From NCBI GenBank assembly GCA_013239625.1, contig MU053881.1, positions 5,851,957 through 5,915,956 of the forward strand: DNA of 64,000 nucleotides, given 5' to 3'. This document shows positions 23,417 to 34,575 of the stretch, piece after piece (within the stretch, counting starts at the first letter, position 1; each line of letters begins with the position of its first letter). A program made the translations under genes and the position numbers. The notes below the pieces were generated by a model that saw only the letters and a list, made by a program, of their open reading frames with translations, made no database searches and was not told where the DNA came from. The DNA is from Lama guanicoe. Lineage: Eukaryota.

Positions 23417-24759
23417 CTTTAAGGTGAACAAAGACACACCTTTCTTGTACAAGAGTGTTTGCACAAAAAAACACTGCCCACCGCTCTGGGGCCGTGTGGA
23501 CAATGATTTAGAGAGGGTAACACTAGAGACCAGGGTTCCATTAAGGGAAACTTTTGGCTTGTTCTGGAGAAAGGTGATGGATCTGGGAGGTGTCCTGGAG
23601 CTGCTGTTTAGATTTGGGACCTTCGGGTGTCTGGCTTAGGCCACTGGGCCGACTTTCATTCCAGGGTAAAGAAAGGGCGCCCAGACAAGGAGTCGTTTTG
23701 GGTGAGTGAGAGTAGGGGAGAGGGTCAAGATCCTCCTGTCACTTCTGCCTTCTCCAGCCCTGTCTGGAATGTGTCCCCTCAGCATCTCCAAAGACAGGTT
23801 CCCACAGCTACTGCTCTCCCAGATGGGATAGTGAGCAGAGACAGGAGGGGTCACTTTCCTGGCCGGAGAAACCTCACACCTTTCCAACAGAGCACCTGGG
23901 CTCTGGCTACATTCTTGCTACTGTCTGACAGTAGTTCGATGTAGCTTTATTGGGACCAGAGCTTAGAGCATTTCTAGCCAGTATTTGAAGGGTGGATGCT
24001 GTCCCAGGTTGTTAATGGCTAGGACAGGGAGAAGGAGCTAGAGAAGATGCCCCCCCCACCCCCTGCCTCTGCCCCTCTGAGCTCTGTTCTAGGGGAGAAG
24101 GTCTTGGGGTGAAAAGACTCAACTGGCGGCAGCTGGCCCTTTAAGAAGAATTGTTCCTGGTGAGGCTCTGATGTCTCCTGAAAGGGCCATTTTTTATACA
24201 CGAGGATCCTTTATGAACTTGCTTCTCGGGGGAACTGGGCCTTGGACAAAAGAGTCCCGCACTGTGGCTCTGTCCCTCCACCACTGTTACCTTGTCTATC
24301 TTCTCATAGCAGTTGATGCCTTCTGGAGCCTGCAGCCCCCCTCCTGGCCTTCTGAGATCTGTCAAGAACAGTCTGGCCTTGCAGACAGAAGACATTGAAA
24401 TGCAAAGGCAAGCTGTCCAAACAGCAACTCAAGAGGCACAATCCAGCACTAAATATATACTCTAAGGAGCGCAGTGACCATCTCATTGCTCTGAGCCGAG
24501 ACAAGCCCATGCTCCCTGAGCCTTTGCACGACTTGTTCTCTTTGCCTTAAATGCCCCCTGCTGAGGACACTTGATAGCTTGGCGTTGTCTTTGGTCACCT
24601 GGCTTCTGAATGCCCTTCTTATGGGTCTTGGTGGGTGCAGAGCCCATTTCCCAGAAGAGGAGCTGAGACTCCTCCTGCTTTCCTGGCATCCGTTGCAGCT
24701 AGGATATGGCACGTAACCCAGGCTCTGCCGGTCAGATGCACTTGGCGTGGCCATGCGAT

Positions 24760-25040
24760 CAGGAGCTATTCCGCAGAGTAGAGCAGACCTGCAGAAGTGC
24801 TCCCCCCGGGCTGGCGGTGTGCAGTGGTGCTGGGGGGTGGGGGATGGTTATGAGGTCTTCATTAGACTAGGACTGTGACATGATTTAGGACAATCCTCCT
24901 GGCTGTGTTACTTAGAATGTGGTTCTCCATTCTTCCCAGTAGTTCTGCGAGCTCCTAGCATCCTTTTAATGAATTCTTTTCCTGTTTAAAAGAGCCAAAG
25001 TCAGCATCTGTACGTGCAACTATGAACTCTGACCAGTACA
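24760..25040 (+). mobile_element. Old ERVL/MaLR LTR 3' part
   Basis: AATGAATTCTTTTCCTGTTTAAAAGAGCCAAAGTCAG..TGCAAC..GAACTCTGACCAGTACA terminus. Confidence 0.55.
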
Positions 25041-25304
25041 TCCTCCCTCTCTGTTCCATTTGTTTGGCAAATTCCAACTTATCTTTAAATGCCCTATTTA
25101 AAAGACCTCTTCCAAGAAGGCTTCTTGGATTTCTCAGGTAGTTAGTAGCTCAAACATCTGGGTTCCCAAGTGTATACACAGCATTGTGGGGGTCATAGCA
25201 AGACAGGAGACAGTTTGGATGCACTCACTGAAAACGTTTGGATGATTTGTCAGTCTACTAGGTGTTAGGGAGGGGAGAAGGAATAGGAGCATGAGATAGG
25301 AAAG

Positions 25305-25540
25305 CAAAGTGGTTATGAGCTTGAGCTGTGGAGTTCAAATCCTGTCCCAGCCACATGCTGGCTGTATGGTTTTCAGCAATTTCTTAAAGCCTGTGAGCCT
25401 CAGTTTCCTCTTCTGGAAAATGGAGTTAATAGTAGGATGTATCTCATAGGATTGTTGTGAAGTTTAAATGTAACACATGTGACGTGCTTTAGAAGAGTGC
25501 CTGGCACTTAGCAAATGCTCAATAAATGTTAGTTATGGCT
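25305..25540 (+). mobile_element. MIR SINE, near full length
   Basis: GAGCCTCAGTTTCCTC..AAAATGG..CATAGGATTGTTGTGA..GTGCCTGGCACTTAG..GCTCAATAAATGTTAG. Confidence 0.93.
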
Positions 25541-25609
25541 TTTGGAGGCAGCAGGGAATAGCAGCAAGTCAGGAGATGGGAGTTCTACTGCAGCTTGGCC
25601 ACAACATCG

Positions 25610-26060
25610 TGGGATGATGGCAAGGCTGCGAAATAAACAGACTGCTACTTCAGGCCAGCTCAAGCAAAGGAAATGGGGGTCTTTCATAAAACCCAAAGGC
25701 GGAAAATCACGAGGGCCTGGAACCAGAAAATGGAAGTTCCATCCCCATCAGCAACCATGCACTCCATCTTGCTGTCCTTTCCTGGAGCCGTTGTCTGTCC
25801 TCTCTGCTTCTTTCTGCTTGTCCACACATGGGCATTCTGTCTCTCTGTATAGATCGCTCCCAGATTTATCTGTGCAGAAGTGATCTGGTTGCCTCTGAAT
25901 CCCAACTCTCAATTCCCAGCAAAGAGACTCAGGTGGACTCAGCTCAGATGAGGTGCCCATCCCTGGTCCAGTCAGCCTTGCCAGGTGGTGGGGTCATGCG
26001 GTACAAACATGGCTGCCAGGGACCCATGCAGGCAGACTGAACTGTCCATCAGAGGTAGTC
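25610..26060 (-). mobile_element. Old MaLR-type LTR remnant
   Basis: CTCAAGCAAAGGAAATG..CAGATGAGGTGCCCATCCCTGGTCCAGTCAGC..AACATGGCTGCC. Confidence 0.45.
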
Positions 26061-26098
26061 GCTGGGAGTTGGGGAGACCTGCCCTCTCTATACATCTA

Positions 26099-26147
26099 TA
26101 CAGCATGGTCTCATCAGTGTCTTTACAGCATGGTCTCATCAGTGTCT
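26099..26147. repeat. Perfect 24-bp tandem duplication (period 25)
   Basis: TACAGCATGGTCTCATCAGTGTCT at 26099-26122 and 26124-26147. Confidence 0.95.
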
Positions 26148-26640
26148 CACTTGCAATGTTTTTGGTTGCAAGCATCAAAATCTTCAACTAAGGGTCATTT
26201 AACAATCAAATACTTAACATTCTCTTCCATAACAAGAAGTCTTGGAAGCAGATGTGCTAGGGTTGGTTCCTGGTTCAACCTTGTCATCAAGAAGCCAGCA
26301 TCTTTCTATCTGCCATCCTTAGCCAGTTGCTTTTTGTCTTTAGACTTGTTACTTCATGGTTACAAAACAGCTGTGGCAGCTCCAGGCATCTCATCTTCGC
26401 AGGGTAATACCCAAAGCAGGAAGCACAAGGCCTCTCCACCTGCATCTTATTCTTTTTATCAGGGTGTTCTTGATAAAAAGAGATTTCTTCTTACATTTCA
26501 TTGGTTAGGAAATCTAACCAAGGGAATCTAAGAAAAAGTATTGACCATTCCTAACTTCTATTACTACAGAGAGACTTCCCTGGGAAGGAAGAAAGTGGTG
26601 GGGAATGGCTGCTGCATAGGGAACCAACAGTGTCTGCCAT
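26143..26640 (-). mobile_element. MaLR LTR (MLT1K-type)
   Basis: TTGGTTGCAAGCA..ATAACAAGAAGTC..GCAGCTCCAGGCATC..AACCAACAGTGTCTGCCA. Confidence 0.7.
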
Positions 26641-27194
26641 CATGAGATGTCAGGTCTGGTCATCTCTGGACAATACCATTAACTGTCTGGTTAAAATAAG
26701 AAGACAATGCTCAGTGTTATTGCTGCTGATAGAAATTTAGAAAGCGTCCATGTACAAACACAAAAGGTTGTATTTAGATCCATTTCTTTCTAAGCCCAAA
26801 GAGACCTTAAATATAAGACTCTGCTGCGTACATGTCTGTGTAGAGTTGAGTTTTACAAAAGAACCAGTGATGTGCTAGCATTGATTCTGGCTCTCCTTGG
26901 TTCTTTTCGGCTCTTCAGAAATGTATCCAAAGATGTTTTCACTTTGACTTTCTTCTTTTCATGGTAAGAAGACACTTCTTTAAACAGCTCGTGGGCCAAC
27001 ACTAATGAATAACGCCATGGCCAAGACTAAAATGGATGCGCGTGACTGCTTCACACATCTGTGGGGGAGCAGGCAGGGTTGGCCTACTTTTTCTTTAGTG
27101 CATGGCTTTGTTCTTATCTGTGAATGTTTTTAAGTGGAGGAATTTCAGTGCAGATGTGAAAATTGCTTTTGAAATATAGGTGGCTTTTATAATT

Positions 27195-27235
27195 TGTGTG
27201 TGTGTGTGCGTGTGTGCGTGTGTGCGTGTGTGTGT
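27195..27235. repeat. Compound (TG)n / (TGTGTGCG)n microsatellite
   Basis: Direct read. Confidence 0.95.
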
Positions 27236-27754
27236 TTTAATAGAAGCTTTTCTTTCGTCTGGTGCTCGTGGAGGGAAGGAAAAAAGCCCAAAGAAAAAGA
27301 TGTGAGGGTCTTATAATGCAGTGGACCCTCCCCTGATGCAGGGGTGCAAATTCACAAATTCATGGGTGTGTTCGTGCGGACGTAATGTGTGACACGCTGC
27401 TAGACTGAAAGGATTCCTCAGCGTGCTGGGCGGTAGCAGCTCTTGGGAGAGAAGCCAGGTGAGTTAACCGACGTGGGTTTCACATCCATCTCTGCCCCAG
27501 AGCTTCGAGGGAAGCTCTTCTTAGTCTCAGTTTTCCCAACTTGGGCAAAGTCAAATCCGATCTCTTTGGGTTTTTGCATAGGAGACCTAGAAGAGTTGAA
27601 TGGCCCAGGTGACCTTCTGAGGTCCTTTCTAACTCAACTCTGAGCCTCTGAATCTGAAGACTGGAGCCCAGCCCCCAAATAAATCATCATTATCTCCTTT
27701 TCTTTCTCCTCTCTCTTCTTTTCTCCTTCTCCACCACCGCCATCATTTCTTCAT

Positions 27755-27970
27755 TGTCTCTTGAGTATTATGTTGTACGAGGCACTGTCCTGAGTCCTCT
27801 ACCTGCATACACTCATTAAATCCTCACAGCACACCTCAAAGTGGGTGTTTTTTACTGACATATCATAGATGAGGGGGTTGAGGCTCAGAGAGTTGAGAAG
27901 ATTTGCCCAAGATCAACCAGGAGTAAAGATCAGAACCTCCAGCCCAGAATCTGTCTTGTTTGGAAGCCAC
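27755..27970 (-). mobile_element. MIR SINE
   Basis: CTCATTAAATCCTCACAGCA..TGAGGCTCAGAGAG..TTGCCCAAGATCA. Confidence 0.85.
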
Positions 27971-28229
27971 TCCATCCCTTTGATTGTCTCAGAGGCTTAT
28001 TAAAAAGGAGCCCTTGTTCCTTGTGTAAATTGTGCTCTGGGGTAAAGAAGCTGGGTTCCCAAGGACCAAGCCTCGGAAAAGCTTTTGTGCAGATTCCATT
28101 GCTACAAGTTTCCTCTTATAATCAGATCGCCCTCCTGGAGAAGAACAGAAGTCTTCTCCCTAGGCAGCTCCTGCCTTGAATGGATCGCACACTCTTGGGG
28201 GCTATCTAGAGTTTCTGCACTCTCAGTAT

Positions 28230-28685
28230 CCATCCTCTCTTCTTTTGGTGACACCCCCAGTTTTCCTTTGGGGAAACCACCTCAACTCCACTATTAGTCC
28301 TTGTGTTTGGGGTGACTGAACGACTCCTCCTTCCCCTGCATGTCCCCCCATCTGCATGCCAGGGATGGTCACAGGATCCAGTCTTGACCAATCAAAGCAT
28401 TCTTTCCATTGGACTGAAGTTCAAGGCCAAGTGCCCAAGCCATCTAATGGTCTGCAGTCCTGGGACTTTTGTGGAACACCTAGAAAAGACAAGCTTCTCT
28501 CTGCTGGTAGGGATGCACGTCAGGCTGCTGGGCTCGCTAAGTGTGGAAGCCCCCCTGAGAAGGAAGAGGAAGTAGAGCTGAGGGATGACGGAAGGCACAT
28601 TTGCGCACCTGGATCCATCTTTTCCTGAAGCCAGTATGAATTGGGTTTCTGTTTCTTCTAACATCAAGCATCATGACTGGTACAC
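28230..28685 (+). mobile_element. LTR16-type ERVL solo LTR
   Basis: TTTCCTTTGGGGAAACCAC..GACCAATCAAAGCAT..TGAATTGGGTTTCTGTT..TGACTGGTACA. Confidence 0.6.
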
Positions 28686-29359
28686 CTGCTGCCCTGGCAA
28701 GATGCTGATGGCCAAGGCCAGGGAGGCAAGGACTCTAGCATAATTTTGAACACACATTTCCTGAAAAAATTCTGTGATTTTTTTACATATGTAGATATCG
28801 ATAACTTCCCCCTCTCCACACAAGCTCAAACACATTTTTGATGTATTACATTGGCCTGGAGATTACTTTGGTTTAGTGTGAGTAACCATTAGTTACCTCT
28901 TGGAACAGGAAGCTCGCTAAAGGATTCTCTTTGGTGGGAACTGTCATGGAGGCTCAAGCAGAACGAAGGCGGCCCCCAGGGACAGGAAGGTCTTGTGTCT
29001 CTTCTCTGGTGGCAGTTCTGATCTAATTTCATCCCCCAGAGTCTCAAATCTCCACAAGGAGGTGGCCCGTCAAGGCCCTGACTCTATCACATGACACGCT
29101 TTTGCTTCATTTCCCACCAGAAAGTCCTGAAGGAGGAACAGGAGAGGCCAGCTCATCCTTTCATGTCACACCTCAGGTTGCTGGGCAGTCTGTGCGTTCT
29201 CAGGTCTGATGTCCATCCTGGATCCCAACAGCCCTGCCTGGGGTCACGTGAGGGTCTGCCGCCCACCTGGTATCCATGCAGCTGTGTTGTCAGTGACCTT
29301 TTTGTGGCTCCCCCTACAGGAGGAGCTGTGAGTAGGCAGTGCTGGGATGACATCTCTGT

Positions 29360-29915
29360 GATAAAAGCTTTATTTGAACATATCTTGAATTGACACCAAG
29401 TAAGGAATGTCTCCTGTTAGGGTTCAGACAAAGAGGTCAGCTCTCGGGAGCATTGGCCTAGGTGGGGAGATGGACCACAGACACGAAAACACTCCAACAT
29501 AAAGCTGGTTACACCATCTGTGTTAAAAGATAGGGCACCGTCCGAGAGTGCCCATCGTGGACTGTGCAGTCAGGGGAGGCTCCTCGGAGGAAAAGTCATT
29601 TGAACTAAAAACTTGAACAATCAGGATCCAGATGGATCCAGAGCTAGAGGAAGAACATTCTTGTGGGCAGAGATACAGCCTAACTGAAAGTCCCAAATTG
29701 AAAATAAAACAGTGTATTCAAGGAACTAAGAATGAACTTTTGACTGGAACATTCAGGGGAGGGGGGAGAGCATTTAAGGATGCAGCAGAGATGTCCCCAA
29801 GGGCCAGATTTTTATAGGTCCTGGACCATGTTTACATTTTATTCTAGGAACAATGGGAGGCCAGCGGAGGATTGGATGCCTCCGAGAGATGCGATCCAGT
29901 TGATGCTTTCAAGGT
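29360..29915 (-). mobile_element. L2 LINE fragment
   Basis: GTCAGGGGAGGCTTCCTCGGAGGA..TTTTATTCTAGGAACAATGGGAGGCCA. Confidence 0.7.
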
Positions 29916-30060
29916 GATGACCTTGGGAAAGTCAACAGTATGTCTCTGAGCTCTTCTTTTTCTCCTGTGTAAAATGTAGGTGAGAATCAGGCCAATTTTT
30001 GGAGGAGCCTGTAAAGATTAAATGAGAGAATGTGCAAAATGAGATAAACCTATTTGAAAA
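29915..30060 (+). mobile_element. MIR SINE
   Basis: TGACCTTGGGAAAGTCA..TGTAAAATG..AAGATTAAATGAGA. Confidence 0.75.
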
Positions 30061-30544
30061 TGGCTGGGCCTTGGCAGACCTCTGTCCAGGTTTTCCTTTT
30101 TTTTTTCTTTTTAAAAGAAACTTCAAATGGTCATGCAGCTGGAAACTCCCTTCTCCCTTGACCAACCTAGACACGCTTTGGTCTCACGGTTCTATTTTTC
30201 TGTTCACTTGGCCTCCATCCAAATTCGGCCGTTGTCGGCTCCCTCCTCATTCTCTGGTTGAGAACTTTGCACACTTACCCGTTGGGGATGATTGCATTTC
30301 ATACATCTTTTCCATTGTTAATCATTCCAAATCCGGTTTCCATCATTTCACCCCTCTCTCAGGGCTGAAATCCTTTCCCCATTTCACATTTATTTAAGTT
30401 GTCTTACATAGGCCGTATTTAGATTTCATCCCAACCGTCCCACTTAACATAGATCTTAGCTGAATGCAGGAGATGCTGATTTTTACCGTCGACCTGGCGG
30501 GAGAGGGAGGGCATCACATCTGGAAAGACGTGCTGGAAGGAACC

Positions 30545-30720
30545 TTGGAACAGAGTCCAAGCTCCAGCATTTCTCTTTTCTGGCCATGCGGCCCTGGGCT
30601 AGTGACCTTAGCAACCTGAGCCTCAGTTTTCCTACCTACAAAATGAGAGTCTGAATAGGGCTGACCTCCTGGGTTTGCTGGACCAGGGCACCTAGTAGGT
30701 GTTCAGCAATATTTGTTCAT
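30545..30720 (+). mobile_element. MIR SINE
   Basis: CTGAGCCTCAGTTTTCCTACCTACAAAATGAG. Confidence 0.7.
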
Positions 30721-30864
30721 ATCCCTGTCTACCAGGCTCTCTGCCCCACCCATGCCCCATTCTTTGCCTTTTGCAGTGATGAACTTTGGCCTGATTCCTG
30801 GCAGGCACCTTCTCAGAATCCACAGGCCTCCTTATAAGCTTCTTTCCATGTTCCATGGACTGCC

Positions 30865-31070
30865 ATCTTTGGGGTTAGACTGACTTGGGTTCCAATCCCA
30901 ATTCCGTTGCTTCCCAACTGTGCCGCTTACACTCACGGAGACTCACTCTCCTCATGGGCTAATGGGAGATACGAAGAGCCCCAGCTTCCAGAGTTATCCC
31001 AAGTATCAACTGAAAGAACACTCTGGAAGCGTGGAGTATAGTGCCTGATATATCATGAGGGGTCAACCGA
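30865..31070 (+). mobile_element. MIR SINE
   Basis: TTAGACTGACTTGGGTTCCAATCCCA...ATAGTGCCTGA. Confidence 0.65.
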
Positions 31071-32029
31071 CAGTCGTTGCCCTTATGCATCACTGCAACG
31101 CTGGACTCTAAACTCCCTGAGAGCCAGGGCTGCCGTTTCGTCCTCTTTGTCCCTCCTTGGCCTTGCGGGGCACCTGGCACCCCGTGGGCTCTCAGCTGGG
31201 TTGAGTTCCTTTCATCTTCTGTAACAAAAATAGCTTTGCTGCCAGATGGGCTGGAACACTGGCATCCCCATAAAATCCTACCTGTTTACCCAAATGCCAC
31301 TTTCTAAGATCCTAAGAGGCAGGGCAGGATTGCAAAGTGGAAACGCCTCCAGACTTTCTGGAGCAATCCAGCTCCTGGCCGCTGTTCCTGGGGGAAGGCT
31401 GGAGGAAGCTGTGACCACAGGAGGGCTTCTCTGAGGGGAAAATGCCTTGCTTTTTAAGAGCTGCTTTTCTTATTTCTTATTTCTCTTCTCATTATTTTTC
31501 TGAGAACCTTTTTAGAATTTCACTGGGAGTCAAAAAACACATTTTGCTAAATTCCGAGGCCTTGTAACCATAAGGCCTGGTCCCTGTGACCAGACCAAGA
31601 CCAAACCGTAACCTTCTGGCACCGGACGCTGTTTACCGCTGGCGAGAGCCCACTTCGGGTTTCACAGTAAAAAGGGTTAGAAAATTGTATGAAAGGGCTC
31701 AGAAGACTCACGGACATCAAATAGCTCTTACAAAACCAATGTTGTAATTAGTTAAGTATAAATGAATCAGAACCATATGGCTTAAAAGTTAAAGGAAAAA
31801 GGAGTTGGAGGGAAAAAATGTCCTTTGGGATTTAATCAAACAAAAAATGCTGGAAAAATTGTTGATGTTCACCAAGCTCAGACCCTATCGGGGTCCCCCC
31901 AGTCCCCATCTAGCTTCCTCCTCCTTGCCTAGTTCCCTCCATGAGGCAGGGGAGACCGCTGGGCCCTGCGCCCCTGATGCTAGATGTCGTGGGAGTGGAG
32001 TAGGTGTGTCGCAGTGGAGTGGAGGTTAC

Positions 32030-32830
32030 GCTGGAGAAAGGCTCAGAGCATCTGGGGAGCACAGAGAAGGGGTGCTCAAGCTGGCCCTTGGCAGATTGGC
32101 AGTGGTGTCTCTGTGGAGATGATACTGAGCCAGCCTTATGGGTAGAAGAGGAACGGGGGAGGTGGGGGTGCAGAGGGCATCTTGGCGGAGGCAGCGGCGT
32201 GAGCGCATGCGCAGAGGAGAGACCACGCGTTGGACGTTCATGGAATTGCAAATCTCTTGGAAGGGCTGGTTCTCAACTCACGTATGGCCGCCTTCGCTGA
32301 CTACCTGATCTAAAGGCCCCCAGCCCCTTCCCCCATCACTTTCTATCACATCGCATCACCCACTTGCCCCCCCCCCTTTTTTTGGTGGCACTTTTCACGG
32401 TCTGAAACACTCCTACTTGGGTCTCTCTCCTGTTGTTAATTACACTGCACTAGAGTGTAAGCTTAAGAGAAGGTATCTCATTTGTCTTGTCCCCCCACTG
32501 CCCAACCTTCTGCTGCATCCCTGGCAGCTGACAGAGTACCGGATTTGGACTGGGGGCCCCAGTAAGTATTTGCGGAATGAATGAATGGGAAACGAGTGAG
32601 TGAATGGCTGGAGGTGGAAGGCACGAGGGACAGGGAAGGAAGAAAGGCCGGAGAAGTAGGCGGGAGCCAGGTCCTGGAAGACTTTGTAAATTGTCCAAAG
32701 AGGCTCCTGAAGGTAATGGAAAGTCCATAAAGGATTTCAAGCAAGGATGTGACAAAGTGAGCACTGTATTATATTGGAAGCAAGGAACGGGGGTGGGAAA
32801 CCTGGAAACCGGGAGAAAGTAAGCAGCAGA
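32030..32830 (-). mobile_element. L2 fragment, interrupted by an opposite-strand L2 at about 32275-32600
   Basis: Purine-rich antisense L2 stops at AAGGGCTGG (about 32270) and resumes at ATGGCTGGAGG (about 32604), then AAGGATTTCAAGCAAGG. Confidence 0.55.
32275..32600 (+). mobile_element. L2 3' end
   Basis: CACTAGAGTGTAAGCT..CAGTAAGTATTTGCGGAATGAATGAATG. Confidence 0.75.
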
Positions 32831-34359
32831 GCACATCCTGTGTTTGTTTTGCCTTCCCCCGTCATCCGTTGACGGCTTGTAATGGAGTACTCCGTATAGA
32901 ACGGGTGCTTAATAAATGCTGCCGCGTTAATCAGTGATAAATGCTCTGGCTCTCAATGGCTACATCCAAGCCATTATTTTCTCATTTAGAAAATGGATCT
33001 CGTGGCTAACTGTGGAAAATCATCTTCCAGAAAAAAGAAAAAGAGAGATGTGTATGTCTGCTCTGTCTCGAATGTTTTCACTGAACCAGATTCTCTTTCC
33101 GTAGGGTGGCTGCCCTTGGCAGCTCTCAGGTTACACGAAGCTGGGCCGGGGTTTCTCTGACATTTCAGCAGAGTCACGAGTGGGTGGGATGGGAAACTCT
33201 GGGCTGCGAAATAGGTGAGTTGCTCAGTGTCCCTGGAAAACCTCTGAGGGCAGAACTGAGTTAGTTGCGGGGTGGGGTTATTTTAGGTGCGAAGGCATCT
33301 TTACGTTAGGAGAGAAAGGCATACCCCAGGCTCTTGGAGTCGTGCATAACAGCGTGTTATTGCTGGAGGCTCCAAAAGAGCCTGGACTCGGCAACCTTGG
33401 TGGGTGTCTGTGCCCTCTCCCCAGCCCACGTCTGCCACATACCCACATCGGGTGGGTAGCGAGCGTATCTGCCCCGCTGCTTCTCTGCTCTGAAGCACCC
33501 CCCCACCCCGGCTGCCGGGGCAGCCTGTGCAGAAGGCACTGTAGTTGCCATGCTAACTCTTCCTGGGTTTGCCATGTGCCTGCTCTTGTTCTGGGTGGAT
33601 GATCTTGATAAACTCTCATGGCTATTTTCAGCTCAGAATAGAAGCTCAGACAGGTGCAGTTACTTGCCCAAGGTCACGGGCAGGATCAGTGGCGGCGTGG
33701 GTGCTACCTCTCTCAGCTTCAGTCACTCGGGTCACTGTAACCCCTGCAGCTGGAGCTTGCAGGAAACCCAAGCCCACCCTTCCCCTCCATGCCCTATGAC
33801 TTCCGCCCCTGGTCTCACGGAGAAGCATCTGCCTTCTCTCCTGGATTTAAATAGTAGTATCTGCAGTGAGCATTTGTGGGTCTGGGGCTTTTCAGCAGCC
33901 AGCCTGCCTTCTGACAGCCCCCCAGTTTCCCCCCGGAGACTCACCCTCCTGCCATTGTGAGTAGTCATGGTGGGTTGAGGGGGACCCTGCCTGCTCCACA
34001 GAAGCACAGGCAGCTGGTTCTCCCTTTCTCTGCTCCAGCTGCAACCAGGGGGTGGGCATGGGATCCAGGTGGGGGCAACCAGATGTTCCCTCCTGACCCC
34101 CTGAGTGTGTGACGCGGAGCTGGGAGGCAGGGCTGGAGGCGCTCCAGGCCAGCGGCAGCGGTGGCGTGCCGGCCGTCTCTTCCCATGACCTTACTGAGGC
34201 CCTGTTGCTTAACCCTCCAGTAATCTCCTGGTTTCTGGCCATTTTCCAGACTTCATCACTACTCTCTGCCAACTCTGTGAGCCCCTGATAGCCTTCCAAT
34301 AAATTCCATTTGATTACCACACAGCTTGTAATCAAGAACCCTGACTAACACACAAGTGT

Positions 34360-34575
34360 TTAGTAAACGCTAAGTACAAGCCAGACACTTTACATGTGAC
34401 GTCTTGCCGGATTCCCGAACCCCCTCCCTCTCGAGGAAGGCGTGGGTAGACCTGCTTTCCGAGTGGGGACGCTGTGGTTCCGGGAGCTGCAGTGACACGC
34501 TCAGAGTCACACAGCTGGTGAGTGGCAGCCCCTGAATTCGAATCCAGGTTTTCCTGGTGCAGAATTCCATGCTTT
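34360..34575 (-). mobile_element. MIR SINE
   Basis: GTCACACAGCTGGTGAGTGGCAG..ATTCGAATCCAGG. Confidence 0.8.

Noticed and set aside
26099..26147. CRISPR-like direct repeats
   Set aside because: Only two adjacent copies with no spacer, in a mammalian context.
25953..26531. Longest ORF (192 aa)
   Set aside because: It spans two LTR remnants and a tandem duplication; a chance open frame.
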